From Schizochytrium sp. TIO01 (taxonomy: Eukaryota; Protista; Bigyra: Labyrinthulomycetes), in NCBI GenBank assembly GCA_004764695.1, contig SMSO01000014.1, forward strand, positions 2,413,648 to 2,477,647: DNA of 64,000 nucleotides, given 5' to 3'. Of the stretch, positions 1 through 11,975 are shown one piece after another. The position numbers were made by a program, and so were the translations under genes. Positions within the stretch are counted from its first letter, which is position 1. Each line of letters starts with the position of its first letter. Under the pieces are notes generated by a model, which searched no databases, was not told where the DNA came from, and was given only the letters and a program-made list of their open reading frames with translations.

Positions 1-1716
1 CTTCTTGTACGCCACATATTCCGTTTGCAGCTGACGCAGCTGGCGCCTCGTTTGCTGAAGTTCCTCCATTTTTTTTGAGAAAATAATCTCGTCTCGTTCA
101 AGATCAGCTCTTGCCTCTTCAAGTTCTGAACGTAAATCTTCAATTCGCGAATCACATTCTGAATGGTCCGGTTGCATAGGCGCTGCTAAAGCTTGCCCCA
201 TTGCTGTAATTTGATTAAGTAGAGAAAGGCGTTCATGTTCCCATTCGCGTTCACGGGATTCTAAAGCTTGAATACGATTAAACAGGGTGTCGTCTGGCGT
301 TATTGAATAATCTTGAGTCGCCCTCGGGTTTGCATGTCTTTTCTTCAGATGCGAATCTTTTGATTTTCTCGATACAGCTGGGCTTGATCCTATAATACTG
401 GGCGAACTTTCAGCATCTGATTCAGAGTCACTTAAGTTGGGCTGAAGGCCATTCAAAATCGGCAAATTCTTGATATTGCGAGCTCGGTTTGCATATTTTA
501 GAGTATTTAAAGTTTCAGCAAGACTATCGTCAGTTGGACTTATGCATGCCACGAAGAGAGTGTGAGAGTTTCCTCCTAGGGAGTCTCTTAAGAGTCGTGT
601 CAGCTTAGACTGTCGGTAAGGAACATGAGCACTTTGTTGCCGCCTCTCATCACCAAGTATGCTAATAACATTTCCTAATGCCAAAAGTCCTTGATTGATT
701 TGAATAGATTCTTGGAAACGCTCTCCAACCGCCATAGTTCGTTTGTTCCGCTCGCTGCCAGCAAGGTCAACCAGGTGAAATTTGGCAGATCGTTGCTTCC
801 AGGTATCACCTCCCCGTTGTTCGAGATTTATTGTAAATATTGCATGCGATCTTGAGGATTCTGAGTTCATCTGGGTTGAGCCAGTCGTACGAGCTTGCGC
901 CCCGACTTCCAGTTGTGCTATCATATCAGTGATATTTTTCACAGGCACTTCCGTAACGCCCTGCACAAGGAGATTACCCGTACCTCCATCTCGAATATTA
1001 AGAGTGGGTCTGCTCTTCCCTATACGTACTGGAGCAAGTAGGTCGCGCACACTTTCATTGTATATTTCCAAATAAGATACGCTCAAAAAAGACTCAATGT
1101 GACTAGGTAATGCTTGGCAGATTGTAGAAAATGCAAAGCAAACGCGTGGAGCCAAGCCTAAAGATGGATCCAATGAATGTTCGAGCTCTCCACCCAAAGC
1201 TTGAAGTGTTAAACTAGCAGCTTCTACTCCCATGCCCATTGTGTATGTCTTTCCAGATCCTGTCTGTCCGTAGGCTAAAACTGTTGCATTATACCCTTCA
1301 AAGCACCTCTGCACTAAATCATATACTCCATTTTCAAAAAGTTCTACCTGTGATGACTTCGGACCGTAGGCAATATCGAATGTGAAACCTCGGTCCTTGC
1401 TAAGTACAATTTGACGTCCTTCGCGAACCTGGGCACACTTGACGCAGCCACGAAGGCGCTCCTCTCGTGCAATCGGTCTTACTCGCACAGCAACCCGAAC
1501 CTGCTGAGGAGGTGAGGTCACCAATCTAGGTATTGGTGGGAGGCACGCTTCTGTGTTAGGTTTCTCCCCAGGTTTCTCTCGTGAAGGTCCATCCTGAGAA
1601 CCGCTACTCGCAGTGGCGTAGCGCTGGAGCTGGTTCTGATTGCCTTCGAGGTCGTGACCAAACCCATCAATCCTTTCTTGTTGAGGTCTACGCTGTTGAG
1701 CCCAACGTGAGGACAT
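1..1716 (-). CDS. Kinesin motor protein (kinesin-4/KIF4-KIF21-KIF27-like), C-terminus continues beyond the window start
   Basis: Absent from the ORF track because no stop falls in the window. Manual minus-strand translation from ATG at 1716: MSSRWAQ...VRVAVRVRP...FTFD...GYNATVLAYGQTGSGKTYTMG (P-loop), NSESSRSHAIFTI (switch I), FHLVDLAGSER (switch II), HVPYRQSKLTRLLRDSLGGN, ETLNTLKYANRARNIKN, then coiled coil. Confidence 0.93.
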   Translation of the reverse strand, partial: MSSRWAQQRRPQQERIDGFGHDLEGNQNQLQRYATASSGSQDGPSREKPGEKPNTEACLPPIPRLVTSPPQQVRVAVRVRPIAREERLRGCVKCAQVREGRQIVLSKDRGFTFDIAYGPKSSQVELFENGVYDLVQRCFEGYNATVLAYGQTGSGKTYTMGMGVEAASLTLQALGGELEHSLDPSLGLAPRVCFAFSTICQALPSHIESFLSVSYLEIYNESVRDLLAPVRIGKSRPTLNIRDGGTGNLLVQGVTEVPVKNITDMIAQLEVGAQARTTGSTQMNSESSRSHAIFTINLEQRGGDTWKQRSAKFHLVDLAGSERNKRTMAVGERFQESIQINQGLLALGNVISILGDERRQQSAHVPYRQSKLTRLLRDSLGGNSHTLFVACISPTDDSLAETLNTLKYANRARNIKNLPILNGLQPNLSDSESDAESSPSIIGSSPAVSRKSKDSHLKKRHANPRATQDYSITPDDTLFNRIQALESREREWEHERLSLLNQITAMGQALAAPMQPDHSECDSRIEDLRSELEEARADLERDEIIFSKKMEELQQTRRQLRQLQTEYVAYKK

Positions 1717-2570
1717 AGCGTCAACTAATAAACTGAAATGCAGCCCAGAAAGTTTGCATGAGGACTCTACGTTCGTTCCGTTTGCGTACTTCAATGTTTG
1801 ATGCAAAATGTCTGCCTTAGTTTTGCTGGAAAAGTACCTAGTACCATCCTACGTACTATTAGTTGACGTTGAGGACCATTCTTAACTAGAGAATGTAGCA
1901 CCAACTTACTAAGTGCCTAAAAATAGTTCCTACTAATACTACTGCAAAGTCGAAGCACTTGCACCAGGTCCTATTCAGAGTTGAAAATTTCATTATTCAT
2001 GATAGTCTCAGTTGTAGTAGTTAAGTGCAGCGTACAATAGCCTACAAAGCCAACAAAATCAAAGCCAAGCCCACTCTGTCGAACCAAGGTCGCTTCACTT
2101 ACGTAGGTACTCTTGCTACCGGATTCATGAATCTCGATGCACGCAGGTTATACTACGTACCTCCCTGCCGGTAAAGGTGATCTGACTTCTATTAGACTCT
2201 TAAGAATCCTGTAGGAGGTTCCCAGATATTCTATTATATGGTAGGTAGGTAGAGAGATTAGACACGTTACCCTCACAATGCGCATCCACCTGGTGCTAGT
2301 TCTAAAAGGCTCTGCACATGGTACAACACGGCACATGTGTCATACTAATATTTATCATTTTAATTATCTTATCATTTGCTGCACCGTTTCATGCTTCTCT
2401 GGTTGTCTAAGTTCTGTGCCTGCTCAGACCTCTTCGCTCAGCTACGGCAAGCTTAGCTGCATATATTTAGCTGCACCAGCCATACTCAGGCCTTTGTAAA
2501 GCTTTTCAGCTTTCTCTAGCTAGAGTAGCACTACATAGCCAACTACTATATGTACTACTAGTAGCTAGCC

Positions 2571-2650
2571 AAGCAGAGCACAGCAGAGCACAGCAAAATA
2601 AAGCGAAGTAAAGCAAAGCAAAGCAAAGCAAGGGAAGCAAGCAAGCAAAG
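2571..2650. repeat. Degenerate (GCAAA/GCAGA)n pentanucleotide tract upstream of the ABHD13-like gene
   Basis: Directly visible: aagcagagcacagcagagcacagc...aagcaaagcaaagcaaagca...gcaagcaagcaaag. Confidence 0.7.
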
Positions 2651-2827
2651 AATTTCAAAGGAAGAGAGAATCCAACTCTTCGCGTGCTAAGTTGAGCCAG
2701 AGCTGAGAGGGTACTGGCAAGGACAATATTCAATCCAGCAAGACCTGTTTCAGGTTTACCTCACAGTCTCACAGTAAGGCACAAAGACGGCCAGGAAATA
2801 CACAAGTAGCTTTTAGAAATATAGGTT

Positions 2828-3907
2828 ATGTCACTTAAACATGCTGCTGTGCTCGCTGGAGCCGTCGCAATAGGCGTTCAGACAGGTCGTGTGCAACCTG
2901 AGACGCTCATTCAAAGCGCTCAGATGGCTTTGTGGATGGTCTTTGGTCTAATTGCTTTTCTCATCATCAAGCAAAATGACATCTTGTATATTCCACATCC
3001 AGACCCAACAATCTCACGTGCACCTGCTGTCACTCCGTTAGAATTCGGAAAGATGCCTTATGAGGACGTTCATATCGAAACCGCGGACGGGGCGCGAATT
3101 CATTCATGGTTGATTCTCCAATCTGCTACTGACGAAGCTGAGAACCGGAAAGCTAGCACCCTGATATACTTCCACGGAAATGCTGGAAACATAGAAAACA
3201 GGCTACCATACTATGCCTCACTCTACGACACTGTAAAAGTGAATATCCTTGCTGTTGATTATAGAGGTTACGGAGGCTCTGAGGGAAAGCCAACTGAAGC
3301 TGGGCTTTGTGAAGATGCTCGTGCAGTTGCAAAGTTTGTAGCATCCTGCAGACATATTGATCCGGACCGTGTCTTCGTTTTTGGACGCTCATTAGGTGGA
3401 GCAGTTGCGATTGAGCTTCTAGCTTCGGAAGAGTGTGAAGTCCCAATCCAGGGACTTATTGTAGAAAACACATTTCTGTCAATTGCTGACATGGCTACCA
3501 TTCTATACCCGTTCCTTAAACCTTTAAATCCACTGCTCTGCCGGCCTTGGTTGCGTAATGAGTGGCGTTCTCGTGATCGCATTGGAAAAATTGCGGTGCC
3601 AATACTCTTTATTTCAGGCGGGCAGGATGAGCTCATTCCACCAGAGCATATGAAGCAGTTGTTTCGTCTATGCAAGCGTGTCCCAGGAACCCAGTTTCGT
3701 CTTGTACCGAATGGGGGTCACAATGATACACCGATACACGGCGGAGAGGATTATCTTACTTCAATTGGGACTTTCATCAACGAAGTGGTATTAGGGCAAG
3801 TAGATCAGCAAACTATTCAGGGAGACAAAGTTCGTAGAGACACTGGCTTCTCGGTAGATTCAATCTTATCAGAACCTGATGACTTTCATCATCACATATT
3901 TTCCTGA
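2828..3907 (+). CDS. ABHD13: Alpha/beta hydrolase, ABHD13/BEM46 family
   Basis: N-terminal TM segment, YFHGNAGN, DYRGYGGSEGKPTEAGL, nucleophile elbow GRSLGGA, ENTF, DELIP, GGHNDT (catalytic His). Confidence 0.9.
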   Translation: MSLKHAAVLAGAVAIGVQTGRVQPETLIQSAQMALWMVFGLIAFLIIKQNDILYIPHPDPTISRAPAVTPLEFGKMPYEDVHIETADGARIHSWLILQSATDEAENRKASTLIYFHGNAGNIENRLPYYASLYDTVKVNILAVDYRGYGGSEGKPTEAGLCEDARAVAKFVASCRHIDPDRVFVFGRSLGGAVAIELLASEECEVPIQGLIVENTFLSIADMATILYPFLKPLNPLLCRPWLRNEWRSRDRIGKIAVPILFISGGQDELIPPEHMKQLFRLCKRVPGTQFRLVPNGGHNDTPIHGGEDYLTSIGTFINEVVLGQVDQQTIQGDKVRRDTGFSVDSILSEPDDFHHHIFS

Positions 3908-4773
3908 TTCTCTGCACGAGGTTTTTCTAGAAGAGCTATACAATTGTTTCAGGTTCACTTTCTTTGCAGGCTAGCTGCATTATAGCTGCGTTATATCCGT
4001 GGCCAATGTGGTCTTCAATGTCGAATTTCCCTCCTGGATCTTACTAAACGGAAACCTAGTCGTTATAGAACATATGGAATGTGCTAAAACTCTTAATTTT
4101 CCTATACATGGACGATTTCGTCATTTTTATGTTGTGAAAGTGAAATCGAAACAAATTAAGAGGCACTACCAGAAACTCAGTCTGGGAACATCAGTCTTAT
4201 CTTCAAGAACACCAAACTTCATGAGGATTTCACGTAGGCCCAATCTAAATGTGATCCGCTTTAGATACTGAATATTGCGTTCTAAAATTTCGAGCTACGT
4301 TAAATTGAAACATCATAAGTTATTTGGTGCTAAAGGGTGCCAACACAAAATGAAAAACTGATTTTGTGTAGGCCTATTTTGATTTTCATAAATTTATATA
4401 TATATACATATAGATTTTTATTTTTATTTTTATTTTTATTTTAACCAAAAGAGAAAAGAAAGGAACAGTGAAGCTGGCTGGCTCCGTCACACTCTGTTCT
4501 TCAGTGATTCTTTCATATCTTGCTATTAATGGAAAAGGTAAACTACGACATCATGTTCAGGCCACTAGAAATAGATGGTGTCCACAACGAAAGAAGCATG
4601 GTGCTTTCCTTATTCCTACTGTGTTGCTCAAAAGTTAAATGTTAAATTGTTGCAGAATTGTAGTAAATTGAGCATCAACAATTCGACAGATCCCACAAAT
4701 GTCATTCCTGGTTTTTAAAGTTTTATAAATAAGGACAACGAGTAGGAAAAAAAGATAACATATAAAAAAATCG

Positions 4774-7674
4774 TCAAAAATACTTGAACAATGCGGGGAT
4801 GGCTGAAAAGCTCGAAAGACCAATGAGGATGAGCGCAATGCTTGAACTTACTTTGTACGTGCTTTCAAGGTTACGCATCATTTTTTGACGTCGATTACTA
4901 AAATGTTCCAAATCTGAAACATGAATGCAGATGCGACCGGAGTTTCCAGGAGGCGAAAAGTGAGGTACCCCCTGTTCTTCTAATATCTTTCGAACTTGCT
5001 CTCTCAATATAGGCCCCCGACGATTACTCCTTCGATCACCAATGCCTCTGCCAGTAACAATAATGAAAACAGGGTCAGGTTCGAGACCCAATTGCTCAGA
5101 TGAAACCTCTAAGGAAGCTCTCTCTGGTACCACATTGTCGTCGGCACAAGCTTCATTTAAAAGACGCTTATACTCAATTTGAGCATTTGATAAGGCTTCG
5201 AGATATGCCAGAAGAGCGATTTGTGTTTTTGCGCGGCTGCACCCATGCAGATCGAGCTTATTCGTGAAAATTGACTTGCCGTCAGTTCGTGGACCCAGCA
5301 CCCCGTCGGTAAGTAAATTGCGATTATCAATATACTCGCGTGGTTCGGGAACTAGGTGGGGGTGCTCGATTCGCAGAAGCTCCGCTCCATATGGACTACC
5401 TGCAAATGCTTCTGCAATGATTGATGCGGTTCCTGAGTCGGTCATAATGCCACGCGCCTTCATATCAGTGTACAACGCGTGCACTTTGTCGATGTCACCC
5501 TTTGCAACGTATGCATGAAGGAGAACATTATAAAGAAATGCATCAGGAGGTGGCCACCGCAGTTTTTCTGATGTACTACCAGTGGGTACAACAGGTCCAG
5601 ACATGAGTCGTGGCCGTTCGCTGGTGTCTTCAGTATCACTTGGGTTCTGTCCACTAGCAGCTGGACCATACAGAGTGGGATCCTCCACTAATCCTGTAGC
5701 TGAGTATCCACGGAACTTATTTAGAAGCCATTCCCACAAAGGCTGATTGTAATTGACACCAGGTTCCCATGGAACACTGTGGATCATGTTAGCAAGAATT
5801 TGCTCTGCACGCTCAAGATCATTGTTGTAGCAGTACATTTCAACTACGCTACCTGTGATAAGTCGATGTGGGACCGACTTGGAACGTTGAATTGCTTCAA
5901 GAGTTTTGTTCACGCTATCTAAATCCCCGAGTTTGCCGTAAGCGTGAATTACGCGCATCCAAATACTAGGGGAAGGTGGAATACCTAAGGATTGCATTTC
6001 TTCAAACAAGTGAAGAACATGATGCAAAAGAGACGGGTCTTGGTAGCGGTCAAATTGTCGCACGAAGAGGCGCATGCATAGCAGATACTTGAGTGAAGCG
6101 TTCTGATTGCGATCTTTTTTGGCCCTTTTAGCATCCTCGTCTCGCAAAATGTCAAGTAGCATCAGAGCGGTCGGCACAGCATCCTTATCCACAGGAGCAT
6201 CAGAACCGATCTGAGAGCACGCGGAAAGCATATTAAGAAGAACAGTTGGATACTGCGGTGGCGGTGCAGTTGACTTATGGACTGAGTTAATCATGAAGTA
6301 GATGAGCTCTTGCGCAGTGCCCCACCACCCAACCATCATAAGCCCCTCGAAAAGTATTGCCACAGGAAACTCAGATACAACACTTGGGAAAAGCCGCGCA
6401 GCAAGCTGTCCATCACCTAAAATACGAGAGTCTCGTTCTGCAGCAGGCAAAGCAGCGTGTATAGCTTTGTAAGTCTCCATAAGTACAGCAAGTTCTCGCA
6501 TGTTAAATCGCCCCCCGGCGTTCTGATCCCATTCGCTCTTGGCCTCAACACGCTTTTGCATCATCGCATACAAAGCGGATGCATTATGCGAAGCTGTGGC
6601 AAAAAGGCGGTCGCGGCTACTTGCAAGAATCTCTTCACAAGAGCTGATGAGTGCACGGCGCTCTCGCATGAAGTTTTGCTCTTTAGTAGCCCGTTGGTGA
6701 GCACGCGAGTTATTTTCGCTTAGGACCTCACTTTGGTCTTGCGCAGAAATGTTTACGTTACCCAAGCGTGACAAGAGTCCTCCAGCTGGAGCGGGGATGG
6801 GTGCTGTCTTGCGCTGTTGGGCATGCTCCTTCCAAGATCGAAGAAGCTCCTCGTTTCGAGTCTGCTCCTCATTAAAGGATCTTCTTGCAATGGACTCGGT
6901 TGTTTGTCCTCTACCAGGGGTCTGAAATTCTGTTGGTTTTGTATTATTCACCTTTATACTGTGAGGAGGTCTGTCAAAACATGAAGTGCTTTGGTCAGCG
7001 CTTTGGTTGTTCTCAACTGATGGGCCGAGCTGAGTTTTGTTACTCACTGCCACATAATCACCGAAACCATCTTGTGTCTGATTAGGTCTAGTCATACTTG
7101 CATTGGTTTCCGCATCAAGAAACTCGCTCTCCATCATCTCAAGATCGTCTACAACACCTTCAGCAAGATGGGAAGTCAAGGGTGACTTTTTGATTTTCTG
7201 CACTCGCACAGCTCGGCGCATTCGGTTTTTTGCCTTCATTTGAGACATGGCTGACTTTGATGGAGACCTTGGGCGAGGTAATGAAATGTGTTCGGGACGG
7301 ATAGCCTCATGTAACTCATGATCTTTGCTAACAACCTGACTACGGGGACGACTCTCAGACCCATCTTGCAGCTTGGTTACGTTGATGATAGTTGGATTTG
7401 TCTTTCTAACATTTTGTGCTTTAGGCTCAGCAGTATTAGTATCAGCTAGCCAGCTCCCAACAGCCGCTGTAGATCGAGTTCTGGTCCGTCTGTTGCTGGG
7501 CTGAGATCGTTTTGCATTTGCAAGCACTTTCTTGGTCTTCTCTAGTCCTTGAGAAGCTCTATCATGGTTTGTGTTTGACTTGGATGCTAACTTGCGGATT
7601 TGTACCTGTGCTGATCGAGAAAAACTAGTCTCGCTTAAAGGTATACTCGACTTGACGATCTGCCACGCTAGCAT
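4774..7674 (-). CDS. Pentatricopeptide-repeat protein with C-terminal Smr domain (PPR-SMR)
   Basis: 966-aa ORF. PPR-like repeats (LFEEMQSLGIPPSPSIWMRVIHAYGKLGD; PDAFLYNVLLHAYVAKGDIDKVHALYTDMKARGI). Smr motifs LDLHG, IIVTGRG and NSGRI. Confidence 0.85.
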   Translation of the reverse strand: MLAWQIVKSSIPLSETSFSRSAQVQIRKLASKSNTNHDRASQGLEKTKKVLANAKRSQPSNRRTRTRSTAAVGSWLADTNTAEPKAQNVRKTNPTIINVTKLQDGSESRPRSQVVSKDHELHEAIRPEHISLPRPRSPSKSAMSQMKAKNRMRRAVRVQKIKKSPLTSHLAEGVVDDLEMMESEFLDAETNASMTRPNQTQDGFGDYVAVSNKTQLGPSVENNQSADQSTSCFDRPPHSIKVNNTKPTEFQTPGRGQTTESIARRSFNEEQTRNEELLRSWKEHAQQRKTAPIPAPAGGLLSRLGNVNISAQDQSEVLSENNSRAHQRATKEQNFMRERRALISSCEEILASSRDRLFATASHNASALYAMMQKRVEAKSEWDQNAGGRFNMRELAVLMETYKAIHAALPAAERDSRILGDGQLAARLFPSVVSEFPVAILFEGLMMVGWWGTAQELIYFMINSVHKSTAPPPQYPTVLLNMLSACSQIGSDAPVDKDAVPTALMLLDILRDEDAKRAKKDRNQNASLKYLLCMRLFVRQFDRYQDPSLLHHVLHLFEEMQSLGIPPSPSIWMRVIHAYGKLGDLDSVNKTLEAIQRSKSVPHRLITGSVVEMYCYNNDLERAEQILANMIHSVPWEPGVNYNQPLWEWLLNKFRGYSATGLVEDPTLYGPAASGQNPSDTEDTSERPRLMSGPVVPTGSTSEKLRWPPPDAFLYNVLLHAYVAKGDIDKVHALYTDMKARGIMTDSGTASIIAEAFAGSPYGAELLRIEHPHLVPEPREYIDNRNLLTDGVLGPRTDGKSIFTNKLDLHGCSRAKTQIALLAYLEALSNAQIEYKRLLNEACADDNVVPERASLEVSSEQLGLEPDPVFIIVTGRGIGDRRSNRRGPILREQVRKILEEQGVPHFSPPGNSGRICIHVSDLEHFSNRRQKMMRNLESTYKVSSSIALILIGLSSFSAIPALFKYF

Positions 7675-9231
7675 GGTGCTGAAGTGTCGGAGTAGTACGC
7701 CGGCAGGTCTTTGGCGTTTTTATGGACCTACTGGTTATAGCGAAGCAACATGAACGGACAGCAAGATCAGAGATGCAAAATCAATGACTCCAACCGAAGT
7801 CAGAAGGAATTTTCCACAAAAATTTAAGAATGTACACAGATTTGGCTGTCTTTTACTGTGCACGGCACAAGAGACGTTCTTCGATCCTTGTTTGGGTTTT
7901 ATGTATCGTCGCGATGGTCCGAGAACCACCACTATCAATGTAACGCTGGGTCTCGTCAAGAAAAGCGTCAGCACTTTCAAACTTCAAGGGGTAAATGGAG
8001 GAAATTATTCTGTCACTATTGGGCGATTGAGCTCCTTCCCGCAAGTGATCTTCAGCCAGCAAATGATCTCGTCAAGCTACTGCGACCTTTCTTTCCTCAC
8101 TTTCTCCATTTCTCCTTTTGCTTGAGTGGTCTGGACAGTGACTACTATAAGAAAAAAGAAATTACTATCAGACCTAGTAAAAACCCGATTTTAAAATTAA
8201 AGAAATAAACTCTTCTTCTTCTTCTAAGAGAATGTATAATACCTGCCTACTAGTCAGGCTAAAACACTACATAGTATTCTGCTATGATGGCCGCAATAGT
8301 GGTAAGAATCTAGAAGTCTCATTAAATATGAATATGTGGCCTTTATTAGTACATACTGCTAGTTTATTTTTTAAAATATATTTTTAATGACGTACGCAAG
8401 CATCGCTGTTGACTATGAGCATGTCTTCTAATCTCAGTAAGTTTGTGGCGAGTTGAATATTATACAATAAGTCGCTTAGTTACATCAAAACATTAACTTT
8501 TGCTATCTTCATGGAATATGATTCATGTAATCTAATCTTAAGTAATACAAGGGTGAATGCAGTCATTCAACAACTTTTACAACAAATCATTCCTGCATGG
8601 GGTTTCTCTCGTAAAAATAATTACAAGAGGGCAATTACTTCTCCTACGTGAAAATAAACAACTTCCCGGAATAATTGTTCACACATTTGTCGAAGTGGAT
8701 CCAAGTGCCTAGTTTCAAAAGTTAGAGAAATGGCTCCTTCTGGTAATGATGGAATTCTCACACTTAAGTCCAATCCTCAGGAAAGTATACAAATAGCTTG
8801 CGATATGCAAATTCGAGCTTTTATACCTTGAAATAGAAGGTTTAAGTAGTAGCAGAGGTGACGTAAACTTGGGTATTTACATCAAGACCTATTTAGATTC
8901 TAGAAATAGTCAGTATTAGTAAGGATGGTCTGCACCAAAAATAAGAAAGCTATTAGAATTTCAATCCCCGAACCGTTCTTTTGGAAAACAAGTAATCATA
9001 TAAGAAAAATCTAGTGATTTTTTGTTGGGCAATGAATCAGGCTCAGGGTGATGATATTGATGGTGAAAAGTGGCTTTTACGCGTAGACTTAGGTGTTTTA
9101 GATATCTTTTAATGGTACAATTAAAAATTGGTCTTTAGAGATAACTGTGGGCTCCCATAAGGAGGGTTTGGGCTGTAGCAAACCATATAAATTAACTGAT
9201 ACGCTGATTCCTAGGAATGACGAATATCCAT

Positions 9232-10629
9232 TCATGCTCTTCCAGCAAGATGTCTATTGGCTGTTTTTAGTTTGCTCTCTTCGCGGTCAATTCTATGAGC
9301 TCTTTGTAAAAGAGTCCGATTCATATCCTGCTCAATTTTTGACATAGTTCCATCTCCACGATCGTCACGCGCTCGTCTAATATAATCTTCTTCTGCTTGG
9401 TCGAATAACTCGTCGCGATAATGCAGTTGCCGTTGGCGTGCTTGCACAATTCCTCTGAAATAATCTTTTTGGGCTTGTTTGAATTCTGCAGCAAATCTCA
9501 ACCCTTCTTCATACCTAGCCTTGTTTTGTGCGTGCCAAGATTGTTCCCGTTGTGCAATCTGATCCTTTATGCTGGTAAGAGTCTCAACTTTACGTTGATG
9601 CTGTGCAATAACTTTTGCGCGAGCCTCTGTATCCTGCTTGAACTCAAATGCAGCACGTTCGCGAAGCGCTCGTTCCTCCTCAGCTCTTACTTTAGCTTCA
9701 ACTTTTGACTGGGTTTGCTTTCCTAAGTCTGCAAGTCGCTGCTGTTTCTTTTCAATATCTAGGAGTTCTTGCCTTCTTTGAGCATCTTTTACTTCCATCA
9801 TTGCTTCATAGTCACGATTTGCTTGCTGCTCTAATTCAATATGCAATTTGCGTTCTACTTCTCGGGCAATTGTTTGTTCCATACGATCTTTTGAAATCCT
9901 GGCTCGCTCCGCAGCAAGCCGTTGTTTGTGTGCTAGCTTTTTGGCCTCTTCAAGTTGAATTGCTTCTCGAATTTTTTCCAACTCCTTTCGTTCCCCTTCA
10001 AGCTTTCTAGCTTGAACCTTGCGGCGCTTATCATCAAACTCCGCTTCTTGCTTTTGGCGCATTCTTATCGCTTCTGCGAACAAAATCTTTTGTTTTTGTT
10101 TCTGACGAAGGCTCTCTCGTTTCTCTTGCTCAATCTTAGCTTTAAGAAGTTCACCTTCCTGTACGCGATCTTGATTTTCTGCATCTTTCCTAGCCTGATG
10201 AGCTTTATTTTGCAAATCTAGCGCATTTCTGTACAGCTGTTGGTGATATAGCTCGAGTTCTCGAGCAGAGCGTTTGTCTTCAGCATCTTCTCTGGCATTC
10301 AGGTGGATGACTGCAGCCCAGTCACGGTTTGGTGGCTCGAGAAGAGCCTTCGCAGCAAGATAAGCTGAAGTTTCCCTCCCCCTTTTAAAACGCATCATGT
10401 TTTTTGCGCTCATTTTAGCTCCATATTGCTTGCCAGGTAGCTGCATGTCAATTTTTACCTGCAATTGTCGAAATTCTTTTCGCCGTTCTCCAACGCGGTC
10501 TTGTTGACGACTTAAGCGCTCCTGTGCCGACTGACGCTTTTGGTCGTGGGTTTTCCGCAACTCAGTTCTCGCGATGCTTGATTCTGCAGCTTTGCTAGCT
10601 AACCTCCTTACGCTAGCCTCGGACAACAT
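9232..10629 (-). CDS. Long charged coiled-coil protein (TPH/trichoplein-like, possibly flagellar)
   Basis: E/K/R/Q-rich helical ORF. First ATG is at 10629; the track start at 10680 is TTG. Family assignment rests on composition only. Confidence 0.7.
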   Translation of the reverse strand: MLSEASVRRLASKAAESSIARTELRKTHDQKRQSAQERLSRQQDRVGERRKEFRQLQVKIDMQLPGKQYGAKMSAKNMMRFKRGRETSAYLAAKALLEPPNRDWAAVIHLNAREDAEDKRSARELELYHQQLYRNALDLQNKAHQARKDAENQDRVQEGELLKAKIEQEKRESLRQKQKQKILFAEAIRMRQKQEAEFDDKRRKVQARKLEGERKELEKIREAIQLEEAKKLAHKQRLAAERARISKDRMEQTIAREVERKLHIELEQQANRDYEAMMEVKDAQRRQELLDIEKKQQRLADLGKQTQSKVEAKVRAEEERALRERAAFEFKQDTEARAKVIAQHQRKVETLTSIKDQIAQREQSWHAQNKARYEEGLRFAAEFKQAQKDYFRGIVQARQRQLHYRDELFDQAEEDYIRRARDDRGDGTMSKIEQDMNRTLLQRAHRIDREESKLKTANRHLAGRA

Positions 10630-11975
10630 GGTTGTAAGCAGAGGTTTCTGCCGAAACTCTGCAGCTAGGAAGGAAGTCAAGCACTGTGCGGGTTGTGCTT
10701 GTAGACGTCCTGCTCCTGGTGTTTTTGCAGCGCAATACGCTATCCTGGATACTTCTCAACACGTGCAGTATTGGGGAAAATAGCGATTAACCCATATTTT
10801 TTCGCACACCTTAAATTGAACGGATATAACATATACACATAGGCCTAATTTTATAAAGACGACCAGCAATCTGTAAACAGTATTCTAGAATATAGATAAT
10901 CGACAGGAATATAAAAAAAATAAAAAAAATTGGAGATGCTTCGCTGAGGCTCACAATCAAGCGCTCCAAACTCTACATTACATGCGAAGCGCTGGATATG
11001 CATTTTTGATTGTGGTCTAGTTAATTTATATAGAAGAAAAGAGCATTTTTTTTCTATTTTTGTTTTAAAGGCTTGTTAACGCGCTGTGGCATATGTTTTC
11101 TTGCTTATAAATGAAGTTTCTTTGCTGGCTTCATTCTATGGCTTCTATTTGCTTCACACTACAACAAAAATCAAGTAGAATTCTGACATTTTCATAATTC
11201 AAACATAACAGAAGTCTATCAACTTTGTCTCTTTAAAGTTGTACAGCTAGATCTGCGATATCCCAGCTTAATCCTTAAAAACAGATCAAAACTATAACTT
11301 TATTTCAACAGGAAGTAGTAGTTTATCTGGTAACAAGTTTGATTCTTTAAGAAAAGGTGAAAATTAAATAAATTAATTTACAAAACTCTGCTTCTTAACA
11401 GATAGCTTCTAGGTTATAGTTACCATCGCTTGTAAACAGAGGTGTAGCGCACACATGGTATTATGAAATAGAGCATAAAACGATGTGAAAGCCGTTAAAT
11501 ATCTAATTTACACACAAAGACGTACACCAAGCCAGATTTCTTCCCATGAATAGAAAAGAAGCACTTCCAATAATTTGACGGATTGATTCATATGATAAGC
11601 TGGCCAACCGATGGTTTGAAAGGAAGATACTCAAGAGGTTCCACAAAAACGAGAGAACAAGTAAAAGGTCAAAGAACATATTTATCCTTTTGAAGATAAT
11701 TAATTCGATATTATCATACCCGAGTTTCTTTCATGGTGTTCCTGTGGAGATCTTCTAGATGCACAATTCCGTAGCGGCAATGCTCGGATATTTACGTATA
11801 ATCTCTAGACTGTATCAGCCCTCTTCAAGTTAGCAAATTGAAAGCAAGGAAAATGGATACTTTATTATCTCGAGAGATTTAATGCAATTTACTTTTTTCG
11901 TTTGAGAAATACATGAGAAGACACACAATCCCAAATTACATATTCGTTAAAGACAGTTCAAGTGAGAGGGACAAG

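Noticed and set aside
7735-8208. Cluster of overlapping 70-116 aa ORFs upstream of the PPR gene
   Set aside because: No recognisable motif or consistent frame; probably UTR or promoter.
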